The position numbers and the translations under genes were made by a program. The notes below the pieces were generated by a model. The model did no database searches and was not told where the DNA came from. It was given only the letters and a program-made list of their open reading frames with translations. A DNA stretch of 64,000 bases from Gracilinanus agilis (Eukaryota). Positions 49,439 through 59,800 of the stretch are shown here, piece after piece (position 1 is the first letter of the stretch; the number at the start of each line of letters is the position of its first letter). The stretch is from positions 88,270,260-88,334,259 of the forward strand of contig NC_058132.1 of NCBI RefSeq assembly GCF_016433145.1. Direction: 5' to 3'.

Positions 49439-51441
49439 AGATCATTACAATTGGTAAGCTCATATCTCCTTTTCAAAAATGTTTGCAGAAACCCGATGCC
49501 CTACTTCACTGGTTTCCAACATTTTTTATTTCATGAAACCTTTTTAACAAAAAGTGACTTGTGAATCTCCAGGGTAATTTAATATATTATTCATAATATT
49601 CTTTTAGATTTATTTATCAAGTAATTACAATAACCACAATGATAGCTGTTGTCTAAAAAGGCTCTAAATTAGAATTTATGTATTATAATTATAAGCACAA
49701 AATTAACTATATGTAATTATGAAAATTAAAATTATAAAACTAAAAATACATACACCGACAGAAAGTCCCCAATTGAGAACAATGTTGCTAACCAATTTAT
49801 TTGAAAATCTACTAGATAGAAAAATGATATCCATATGAGAATAAATTCAAATCAGAAAATCTTAATACTTCAATGAGAGACAAGTGAGAGATGGTTTGAA
49901 GATGGCTCTTAATGAGAATGCTTAATGGTGGTTTTCCAACAAAAAGGTAATTATGCTGCAAGAAAGCAAATGTTTATAGGTGCAACTCTGTCACATGAGA
50001 TGAAGAGGCATATTTACAGGGTAACGAGAGAATAGAGATCCTACTCTGATACCATGAACACAAATGAAGAAATCTTCATGTGTCTAAATATAAATTGGAT
50101 GTCAATTTACCTGGATTGTTGATCCTTGTGGCAGTTTGGAAACAATAAGATGAGAGATTGAGAATCAAAGACTGCATTGAGCTTGATTAGAAGTGATCAG
50201 AGTTTGATGTAGTTTACTGCATGAACAAGAAAATCACATGCAAGATCATGGTGTTTTTAAATCCATGCAGAAATTTAAAAAGCTTCAAACATACACATGC
50301 TTGTTGTCACTGAGAAGAAGCATATATTTGTAACATAATTGGGCAGTCATTTACTACTTAAGATTCTGTTAAGGAATATTTAGCATGAACTCCATGGGGT
50401 ATCACTGAGAACCTCTAAGAAGTTGGTGAATCACAAAATGGAAATCACTGGCCTACCTCCATCTTTTCCCTTCTGTGCTGTAGCACCAGCGTTTTTTTTA
50501 GTTTCTCCTTTTGGTTTCTCCTGTTATTGCCTGTGTGCCCAAAATGCTTTCCAGTTCAACTTATTAAGTCTAAATCAGGTCTGGACCCCACTCTTCCTTC
50601 CTTTCAGGCTGTTCTTTCACAAACATATATTATTTCTCTTAATACTTCTAGGTATCACCAAGGCTCTCTTGTTAAAATTTAGTTCCCATTGCTTTCAGGG
50701 CTACAAAGCAGTGCTTGTCTCTCTGAACTTTAAAATCCTGGAATGCCAGGCAATTCTCAAACCCCTGTTACAATAATAAGAAAATAACAATAGTGCATTT
50801 CCCCCCCATAAACCTGCTGACCCCTCCTTTAAGTAGATACAATGTCAGTGGGAAGAAAGCATACCCTTCGAGAATATGAGTGTAGAAGCAGGTGTGGAAG
50901 GAATATGTATGGCCTGAGCACACCTATGGAAAATGTTGGGAGGGAAACTCTTGCTTCTAACGTTGTAGGGCTGCTGATGTCTTTTAGTCATGATATTATG
51001 TTGCTCTCTGGACCTGTTCCATGATGACTGACTGCTGGACATGATGCCACGGTCTGATTCTCTCTCCTATTCTATCTTTCACTCGCTTAATGATATATAA
51101 AGATAAAGGTTTCAACAGGGATGTACTGTGCAAAGCCAGTTTAACAACCAGCTCTCCCCTTCCAAATGATGAATTCGGTTATATTTTTTAAAGTCTACTC
51201 TGCCTTATTAACGTTTTCTCCATCACTTTTTTTTTAAACCCTTACCTGCTGTCTTAGTATCAGTTTTAAGACAGAAGGGCAGTAAAGAATAAGCAACTGG
51301 GGTTAAGTGACTTGCCTGTGGTCACACCGCTAGAAAGAGTTTGAAGTCAGATTTGAAATCAGGTTCTTCTCAACTTGATCTGGCACCCTATCCATCGTGC
51401 TACCTAGCTGCCTTTTCTCCTTCACTTTCTTAAGTCTAGAC

Positions 51442-51723
51442 CAATGAGGTCAAACTCAAGTAGAAATGAGCCCAGCAACTGCATATTAACTTAGAAAACC
51501 ATAAATTAACATTATTATATTTTTATTTTGTTAAACGTTTCTCATTTACATTTAAAAAAAATTTTTTAAACCCTTAACTTCTGTGTATTGGCTCCTTGGT
51601 GTAAGAGTGATAAGGGTGGGCAATGGGGGTCAAGTGACTTGCCCAGGGTCACACAGCTGGGCCTCATTTACATTTTAATCAGATTCCTTCTTGAACTCTG
51701 GTAACAGAGTTTGACAGTTTCTT
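51442..51723 (+). mobile_element. Old hAT MITE interrupted by a SINE1
   Basis: Perfect TSD GTCTAGAC (51434-51441, 51724-51731) and degenerate TIRs (GTCAAACTC/GAGTTTGAC). Confidence 0.72.
51554..51662 (-). mobile_element. 5'-truncated SINE1 nested in a hAT MITE
   Basis: 13-bp TSD CTCATTTACATTT (51541-51553, 51663-51675); only the 3' half of the SINE is present. Confidence 0.92.
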
Positions 51724-52919
51724 GTCTAGACAGTCAACAAAGCAATAAATAAAATCCTGATTTGTAGCATTTGCTTTTTTTCCAATGCATAAATACTCAC
51801 TCTGAAAATTTAATAGTTGGTTCTCATTAGTCAAGTTGCCACCAGAATCTTCAGGAACAGAGGACAGCCAGAATTTCTTCCATTGCAAGTTTATTCAAAA
51901 AAGCAGGACTTAGAGTCCATAATCTGGATTTATTTTTCAACTTTGACCCTTGGTAGGTTTGTGAGCATGATTAAGTCAATTAATTTTGTTTAGCCTTAGT
52001 TCTTTCATTTGTAAAACAGGGATAATAAGAACACTTGGCTTACAGGGTTGTTAGGACCAAATGAGATGATATATTTAAGGTGCTTGCTATCCTTAAAGCA
52101 CCATAAAAATGACACCAGTTATCATTAATAGGCAGGCAACAAGCATTTAAGTGCTTATTATGTGTTAAACCTGGGAATACAATAAAAATAAAAAGACAGT
52201 CAAGTAACTTGCATTCTATTTGGGAAAAGATAACTTATAATGAATGGTGAAAAGGTGGAGGGGAAGTTTTTCCCTGAAGGGCCTGGTGGGAGAGAAATCA
52301 GATGGATTGCTGGCCTGGGCCCATCACCCAAATGGCTCCAAGAAACTTATCAATGAGAGAAGGTGACTGCCATGGTGGAGGGGACATTCCAAGGTAAGAA
52401 GGCTTCAGGGTCTGAGTGAAGTTCTAGAGTGAGAAAGTAGCTGAGTGATGGTGGCAAAATCCTGAAAATTATTATCACGAAAAACATTCACACAGCCTGT
52501 CTCAAAAGTCTTATAATTGTTTCAAGCCTTAAGAGCAAGAGGAACTGAAAACCTCCATTAGAGCTGGTTTCAAAGGTGTCCATGCCTTTCTCCATCATCA
52601 CCAGTACTAGAAGCCACCTGGAGAAGAGAAAGGAGTGGAGCATTGGTGAAATAGAAGCAAATTTAAGAATCATGGTTTCAAATCTGAAAGACCTCATATC
52701 TTGGAAAATACCTTGTCTCTGAGGGTGGACTTTGGGCCATTTGCCCCGAGATTTGTTTGCAGCTTTCATCACAGGTACAAATGTTGTTCTGATGTGTGAG
52801 AACTCATATGAGAGGAACCAAGAGAAAATGGCAAGAACTAATGACATACTCCAAGAAAGGCATATTCAGGCTGAAAATCTGTCCTCTGGATATTCTTGAA
52901 CTTGTCAAAGTCTCTTCTT

Positions 52920-53117
52920 TTTTTTTTTTTTTTTTTAATTTTAAACCCTTAACTTCTGTGTATTGACTTATAGGTGGAAGAGTGGTAAGGGTAGGCAATA
53001 GGGGTCAAGTGACTTGCTCAGGGTCACACAACTGGGAAGTGTCTGAGGCCGGATTTGAACCTATGACCTCCCGTCTCTAGGCCTGGCTCTCAATCCACTG
53101 AGCTACCCAGCTGCCCC
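52920..53117 (-). mobile_element. Young SINE1_Mdo-type SINE
   Basis: Full length, poly(T) on plus, and a 15-bp TSD TCAAAGTCTCTTCTT. Confidence 0.95.
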
Positions 53118-54989
53118 TCAAAGTCTCTTCTTGAAAGTGGTACTGAGCATGCAATGGTCCAGATGTAGTCCATCCAGGACAGTTTACTGAAGGCCTATCT
53201 CCTTCCTCATTGTGGACACTCCAATCTTTTTAATGGAATCAAAGATTTAATAAGTTATTTTGGCTGATAATGGGGCTATGGTCTCATATTGCTTGCCCTG
53301 TGGGGCTAAGCTGTGCCTAAGAGATCCCATTTATTCTAGCTGGAGTTAGCTAGGAGATACAGTGTGTAGGATGGTGGATCTGAAGACAGGGAGACCTGAG
53401 TTCAAATCTGATCTCATATAATTTTTGTTCTTGAGTCATTTTTCAGTTGTATCCTATTCTTTATGATCCCATTTGAGTTTTTCTTGGCAAAGATACTGGT
53501 GTGGTTTGCCATTTCATTCTCCAGCTCATTTTACAGATGAGGAAACTGAGACCAAAACACACTGAGACCAAAACAGTTACATAACTAGTAAGTGTCTAGG
53601 GCCATATTTGAACTCAGGAAGATGAGTCTTCCTGACTCCAGGCCCAGCACTCTTACTAGTTGGGTAACATCATTTCACCTCTGTTTGCCTCAATTCCTTC
53701 AGCTATAAACTAGAGATAAAAGTATTACCTATTTCATATGTTTGTTAAGAGAATCAGATGAGGAAATATTTGTCTTTAGCACAGTGCCTGGCACAAAATA
53801 GGGACTGAATAAATATTCCCTCCCTTCCTCAAAGAGTTCAAGTTATCAAGATTGGATGAACTAGATTATTAGATACTAAGGAACCCTAGCAAATGTGTTT
53901 GTAGAGCTGGTGATCTTTGAAAAGTTTTGTCAAACAGGAGAAATGTTCCAATACCTGAAAAAGACAACAGTCCAGATTTTTTTATAAAAAGGAAAGATTT
54001 CATTCTTTAATTTATAAGCTGATGAACTTAAATTTTGGTTCTTAACAAAATCTATGATGTGCTTTGAAAAGAAAGCACTTTTAAAAAATGAAGAATAAGA
54101 ACAGTGGTCACTAGGATCTAACATGGATCCATCAGAAATAAATAATTTCAGTCAAATCTTATTTCCATTTTGCCTTAGTCGGTCAGTAAATAAACTTCTG
54201 TTAAGCACCATAGCACCACCTTTGCTTAGCTCAATACTAAACATGAAAAAGAAAGATGTTCACTACCCTCAAGATGCTTATAGTTTAATGGGGGAAGGAA
54301 CATAGAAAAGGAAACTGAAAAGTGGAGATGGATTTATTATACTTAGATTTTAGAAAGAAATTTGACAGCATCTTGCATGATAGGTGGGAAAATGTAGGCT
54401 AGGTGATGGGAAGTTTGGTGGCTTTAGAACTCGCTGAAAAACCAGATCCAGAGTAGTGAAAATGGATTGATATCAACCTTGAAGCAGGTCTCTAGTGGAT
54501 TATCCCAGCAGTGACAGAGAGCTGAGTTAGATAAGTAGGATTTAGGATACATTAAAGTTATAACTGAATAACTGAACTAATGGAATAAATTCCAAAAAGT
54601 AAAAGATACTAGAAATAAATATAAAGTACCAAGATCACATTCAAGATGGAGTGGTATGGCACAATTCATTTGGAAAAGATCTGGGTATTTTAGTGAACTT
54701 CATCTTCAATATGAGTTACCAGTGTTACACCATAGTCAGAAAAACTAATGACCTTAGGTTGTGTTAATAGAAAAATTATGTCAAGAATGAGGGAAATTAT
54801 AGTCCTTTTTTCTCTCTTGGTCAGGCTATATTTGAAGTATTATTGTCAGAAAGACTGAGAAACTGAAAAGTCTCCTGAAGAAGAGGAACAAAGGGCTAAG
54901 TAGATAAGAAACTAGGACACCCAAGGATGGGTTGTAGGAATTAGGGATGTTTATCCTGGGGAAGATGCACAGGTTACTTTTTTATGTTT

Positions 54990-55875
54990 ATTAAAAATTT
55001 TTTTTCAGTTCCTTCCTCCCTCCCCATACCATAGAAAGTATCATCTGGCAAACAATTATATATATGAAGATTATGTCTTTTGTATTCTCACCTTAATTCA
55101 TTCTCTTGAGGTGAACATTCATATTCTTCAGATATTAAATTTGTAGCTATATACAATATCTTTTGTTTCTACCCATTTTACTCTTCATTATCTCATGTGG
55201 TTCTTTCCAAGTTTTTTTTTAATTAATATGCTCATTGTCTCAGATGGTGCAGTAGTATTTCATATCATATGCTACATATATGCAATAATATACCACAATT
55301 TATTAAGCCATTTCATAACTGATGGATATCCCCTTGATTTCCAGTTCTTTGTCACCACAAAGAGCTGATATAAATATTTTGGTACTAAATCCTTTTTCCC
55401 TAATCTTGTGAAATAGAACCAGCAATGGTATTCTGCATCTAATGGTATTCATAGTTTTCTAACTTTCTGGACCTAATTCCAAATTGCTCTCCAAAATGAT
55501 TGAATCAATTCACAGTTCCACCAAAAGTGTATTAGTGTCCCCACTTTTCCACATCCCCATCAACATTTGTCATTTTCCCCTCTTATTTTTTTTTGCCAAT
55601 CTTATGAGTGTGAAATAATACCTCAGAATTATTTTGGTTTGCATTTCCTTAATCGGTAATGATTTAGATACCTATATATGACTTTGATTTCTTCATCTGA
55701 AAACCATTCGTATCATTTGCCCATTCATCAGTTGGGGGATGGCTTTTATTCCCATAAGTTTGAAAAAAATTCTCCTTATATTTTCTGTAATGAGGCCTTT
55801 ATCTGAGAGACTATGAATATTTCCCCCAATTTTCTGATTTCTTTATAATTTTGGCAACATTTGTTTTATTTTTCC
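54990..55875 (-). mobile_element. Older L1 3' fragment (ORF2 end + 3'UTR)
   Basis: Typical antisense L1 ORF2 motifs (TTCCAAATTGCTCTCCA, CCCCATCAACATTTG, GGTTTGCATTTC). Similar older L1 pieces lie at about 40840-41495, 45140-45700, 24560-25230 and 11730-12190. Confidence 0.85.
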
Positions 55876-57979
55876 AAAAAAGAACAGAATAATTAAAAAA
55901 AAACTTAGAAAGACCTACATGAAATTATGACATGTAAAGTAAGCAGAACCAAGAGAACATTATATGCAGCAAAAGAAATTGTTTGAAAAATCAGTTATTT
56001 GTGTCCACCTCCAGAGAAAAAATTGATAAATAGAAACAAGCAAGACATAATTTTATATATACATATATCTTTTATCTTTTCTTTTCTTTTTCTTTTTCTT
56101 TTTCTTTTTCTTTTTTTTATTTTTTTTATTTTTTTTTTTTGTCAAATGGTACCTTCTCTAGTGCCAGGAAAAGAGGTAGGGATAGAGGGTGTTATCTGAG
56201 AATTAACTTGTCTTCAATGCTACTTCTGATGGTGGTGGTGGTTTTTGTTATGGTAGTGGTGACATTTCAATTCAGGAAGCACTTAACAATGCCTCTCATG
56301 TGTCAAGAACTGCTCTAAACATTGGTGGTTTGAAAACAAAAAAGAGACTTCCTTATGCAGGGAATATGGTTTATTTTTCAGAAGCTAGGAGATTGGTTTA
56401 TTTATGGAATGCCTTCCTTTTAACAGCCTTGTGAGTTAATAACTGTAAGTATTTTTACATGAGCTTTATAGATGAATTAAATATGACTCAGTGGGGATTT
56501 GCTTAAAATCACTCAAGATTGTCTGTGGAGGAATTGTTAAATTTTCCTGTTGACTCTCCAGTGTACATGGAAATTGCAGAGAAGCAAATTTTGGTTTAGA
56601 GAACACTTCCAAGTAACCAAGGCAATCCAAAAGGATCAGGCTGCTCTGAGTGGTAATAGATGTTTGTTACTAGTGTTCTTCTAGAAGAGGCTGGATGTGT
56701 TTTTGTTAGAGGGATTGTAGAGGGATTGTTGGTCATTTCGAAGCTGGACTGGATGCCCAGAGAAATTGCATTGGTAATGGGAGTTTCCCCATCAGGACAT
56801 TACCATACAAGTTAAATTTCAGGTCTAGTCCAACCCAAACCATTCTTGTTTTACATAAAGTGATAATTATTACATTTTCACAGTTGTGTTTGAAGGAAAC
56901 ACTATGCAAACTTAAATCTCTCTATAAATGTCCACTATTGTATTGCTGAGGTCTTTTCCAGTTCTGAGATCAAGCTATTTTGCTAAGAGACAGAATTTGA
57001 GAAGTTTTGGATAGCCCTCTTGTCACTTTCCCTTTGTGATGTAGAAAATAAGCTCTAATTATATACTATCTGAACAATCTTCAGATGTTTCACCTATTCC
57101 TCACAGTGGATGTCTGAGTCAAGGAGGGTGAATCCCATGGAGACTCCTGACCTTCCATCCAAACATATTAAGTTAACATCTGGTTTAATAACCTGTCACC
57201 TTAAACTCTGATTAGCATGAATCAAGCCTAAGGAACCCAATCTACCAATAAAAATTTGGTAGAACACATTTGAACTATTATGTTCAGTTCTGGATGCTAC
57301 ATTTTACTAAAAATTTGAAGCCCAAACTCAGAATTTGTCAAAGCACTAAATTCTCATCCTCTAATTAATAGTTGTTTGTAGTTCAACCTTTGAAATCAAA
57401 AGTTGTTTTTATTTTTAAATTAGAAATGATGGCTCTAATCTTTATCTGAGAGCAGTCAGATGGTGCAATAAAAAGAGCTTCGGAGTCAAGAAGACCTGAG
57501 TTCAAATCCAGCCTCAGATATTTATTAGCCCTGTGATGGACAAGCCATTTAACTTTTGCCTCAGTATACTCATCTGTAAAATGGAGATAATAATAGCACC
57601 TACCACTTAAGGTTGTTTTGACAATCAAAGGAGATAATATCTATAAAGTGCTTAGCGCAGTGTCTGGCACATAGTGGGTCCCACACAAATGTTAGTTATT
57701 ATTATTATTTTTATCATCATCATCACCTTCATCACCACTATCATCATTATCATTGAAGGGGTCCAGGACAGCAAACTCTATTAAAGTCCCATCTTCCATT
57801 AATATTTTGTGTATCCTTGGGAAAATCCCTTCTAGTTTCTAGATCTCAGTTTCTTTAGTTGTAAATAAAGGAGTTGAATGAAATTCTCTCTAATATTCCT
57901 TCATATCTACATGATTTCAGACAAACACAATGAAAACTTCAGGATTTTATAAGATTCTCTATTATAATTTAGTCTATGA

Positions 57980-58183
57980 CAATGATGGGCAAACTTTTTA
58001 AAGAGGGGGCAAAAGGAATGGAAATGCTCATCTGTTGGTCTGTTTCTAAGGCAACTCTTTTGAAGTTTCATTGTATGATATCCTACTCATTGTATTGGTC
58101 AGATTAGGAATAATGTGGCTCAGCCAGATAGAACATTTCAGGGGGCTGCATCTGGCCCGCAGGCTGTAGTTTGCCCATCACTG
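57980..58183 (+). mobile_element. hAT MITE, family C copy 1 (OC1-like subterminal sequence), 204 bp
   Basis: TIRs CAATGATGGGCAAACT/AGTTTGCCCATCACTG; TSD GTCTATGA/GTCTATGC (7/8). Confidence 0.9.
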
Positions 58184-58770
58184 GTCTATGCAATTAATAT
58201 AACAAATAAACCCGATGACCATAAACCCAATTGTAAGTTAGGTTTATTGTGTCATCATATCTCCTGAAAATGAAAACTTACAAAATGATATAAAATGTCA
58301 CAAAAACAATGTCTAAACAGATTTTTTTAGTGATCCACAAGGTTCAAACAGGATGCATATTACAATGGTCAAAACACTTTAGAATAATTATTCAAAAGGA
58401 AAAACTCAAAATCCCAAATGCTGCTCTACCTCATTTTTAGTCCAGGCTAGACATCCTCTCCTGAGCCAGTTGGGTCCATCCCCATGATAAAAGGTCATGG
58501 GGCGGATAGTACAGCAGCCCAAGTACCTGCTACTCTTTCTTAAAGAAATGAGCCAATGTAATGGGTTTTTTCCTCTTTACCTGAATGAACCAAAGTCACA
58601 TGTTCCATTGCCCTCATGAGTGACTGGTTCTTCTACTTCCATTAGTCCCCACTACTGCTTAGATTTTGCCACCAAATTGACAGTTAGGCTAGTCTTAGTC
58701 TAGGGCTGGTCCAGTCAAGTCTTCCTATTTATTCTTCCTGTTTCTGGGGAGATGGCTCCTCTCCCCCATG

Positions 58771-59733
58771 CTAAACCCTGACCCTCTTTCTAGAGAACAC
58801 ATGGATGATGCCTTTGCGTATCTCCTTGGTCTTGATGCTATAGACAATTGGGTTAACCACGGGTGGGAAGAAAAGGTAAATATTGGCCATGGTAGGTTGC
58901 AGCACAGAGGGGAGGTGTCGCCCAAAACGATGGACCATGGACAGACCAATCATGGGTACATAGTACACAAATACAGCACAGACATGTGAGCCACACGTGT
59001 TGAGGGCTTTCCAACGGCTCTCCCCTGAGGCAATCCTCAATACTGTGTGGAGGATGAGCACGTAGGAGACAATGATGAGTAGGAAGTCCAGCCCAAATGT
59101 GGAAATTACGATGAAAAGTCCATAGATGTTGTTGATGGAAGTGTCGGCACATGGTAAGTGAACAAGGTTAGGGTGCAGGCAGTAGGAATGAGAGAGGATG
59201 TTGTGTCCACAGAAGGGTAAGCGCTGGAGTAGGCCGGTCAGTGGGGCCATGAGCACCACACTCTTGAGAGTAACTGTGGCACCTATTGAAATTATTCGGG
59301 GCAAAGTCAGTATGGCTGTATAGCGTAGTGGGCTATAGATGGCCACAAAGCGGTCCATGGACATAGCCAGCAGGATACCCGATTCCATGATGGAGAAGGA
59401 GTGAATAGAGAACATCTGGAGCAGACAGACATGGAAGTTGATTTCAGTTACATCAAAGAGGAAAATTCCCAACACAGTGGGAAGTGTAGAAACAGAGATG
59501 CCAAGTTCAGCAAGGGCCAACATGGCTAGGAACAGGTACATGGGCTGATGCAAGGTGGGATTCATGTGGATGACATGGAGGATGGTCCCATTTCCAAGGA
59601 ATATGATGACATACATCAGACAGAAAGGGATTGAGATCCAGATGTGTTCAGCTTCCATCCCAGGAATGCCAGCCAAGATGAATGTTTTAGGTGTGAACCC
59701 CACTATCGGACCAGAGCTATTACTAGTCTGCAT
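58771..59733 (-). CDS. OR51J1: Class I olfactory receptor, OR51J1 ortholog, intact, 320 aa
   Basis: The track ORF starts at a GTG (59751); the real ATG is at 59733 (MQTSNSS). IIFLGNG.ILHVI, LHQPMYLFLAMLALAE, KALNTCGSHVCAV, ANIYLFFPPVVNPIVYSIKTKEI and the C-terminal KRVRV match human OR51J1 as recalled. Confidence 0.87.
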   Translation of the reverse strand: MQTSNSSGPIVGFTPKTFILAGIPGMEAEHIWISIPFCLMYVIIFLGNGTILHVIHMNPTLHQPMYLFLAMLALAELGISVSTLPTVLGIFLFDVTEINFHVCLLQMFSIHSFSIMESGILLAMSMDRFVAIYSPLRYTAILTLPRIISIGATVTLKSVVLMAPLTGLLQRLPFCGHNILSHSYCLHPNLVHLPCADTSINNIYGLFIVISTFGLDFLLIIVSYVLILHTVLRIASGESRWKALNTCGSHVCAVFVYYVPMIGLSMVHRFGRHLPSVLQPTMANIYLFFPPVVNPIVYSIKTKEIRKGIIHVFSRKRVRV

Positions 59734-59765
59734 GATGGTATCTTGCACCACAGTAATAGTTTTGC

Positions 59766-59800
59766 CTAGTGAATAAAAAACAAAGTCCCTGTCAGTTCAG
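59766..59800 (-). promoter_or_regulatory. Splice acceptor of the OR51J1 coding exon
   Basis: Minus strand reads CTGAC...CTTTGTTTTTTATTCACTAG|, 32 nt before the ATG at 59733. Confidence 0.7.

Noticed and set aside
49620-51170. Possible ancient hAT-Tip100/MER53-like transposase relic or an OR51Q1 pseudogene
   Set aside because: One short segment (CAGGGATGTAC..GTTTAACAACCAGCTCTCC, about 51117-51157) resembles an old hAT end, but I found no convincing transposase or OR motifs by eye. Needs RepeatMasker/tBLASTn.
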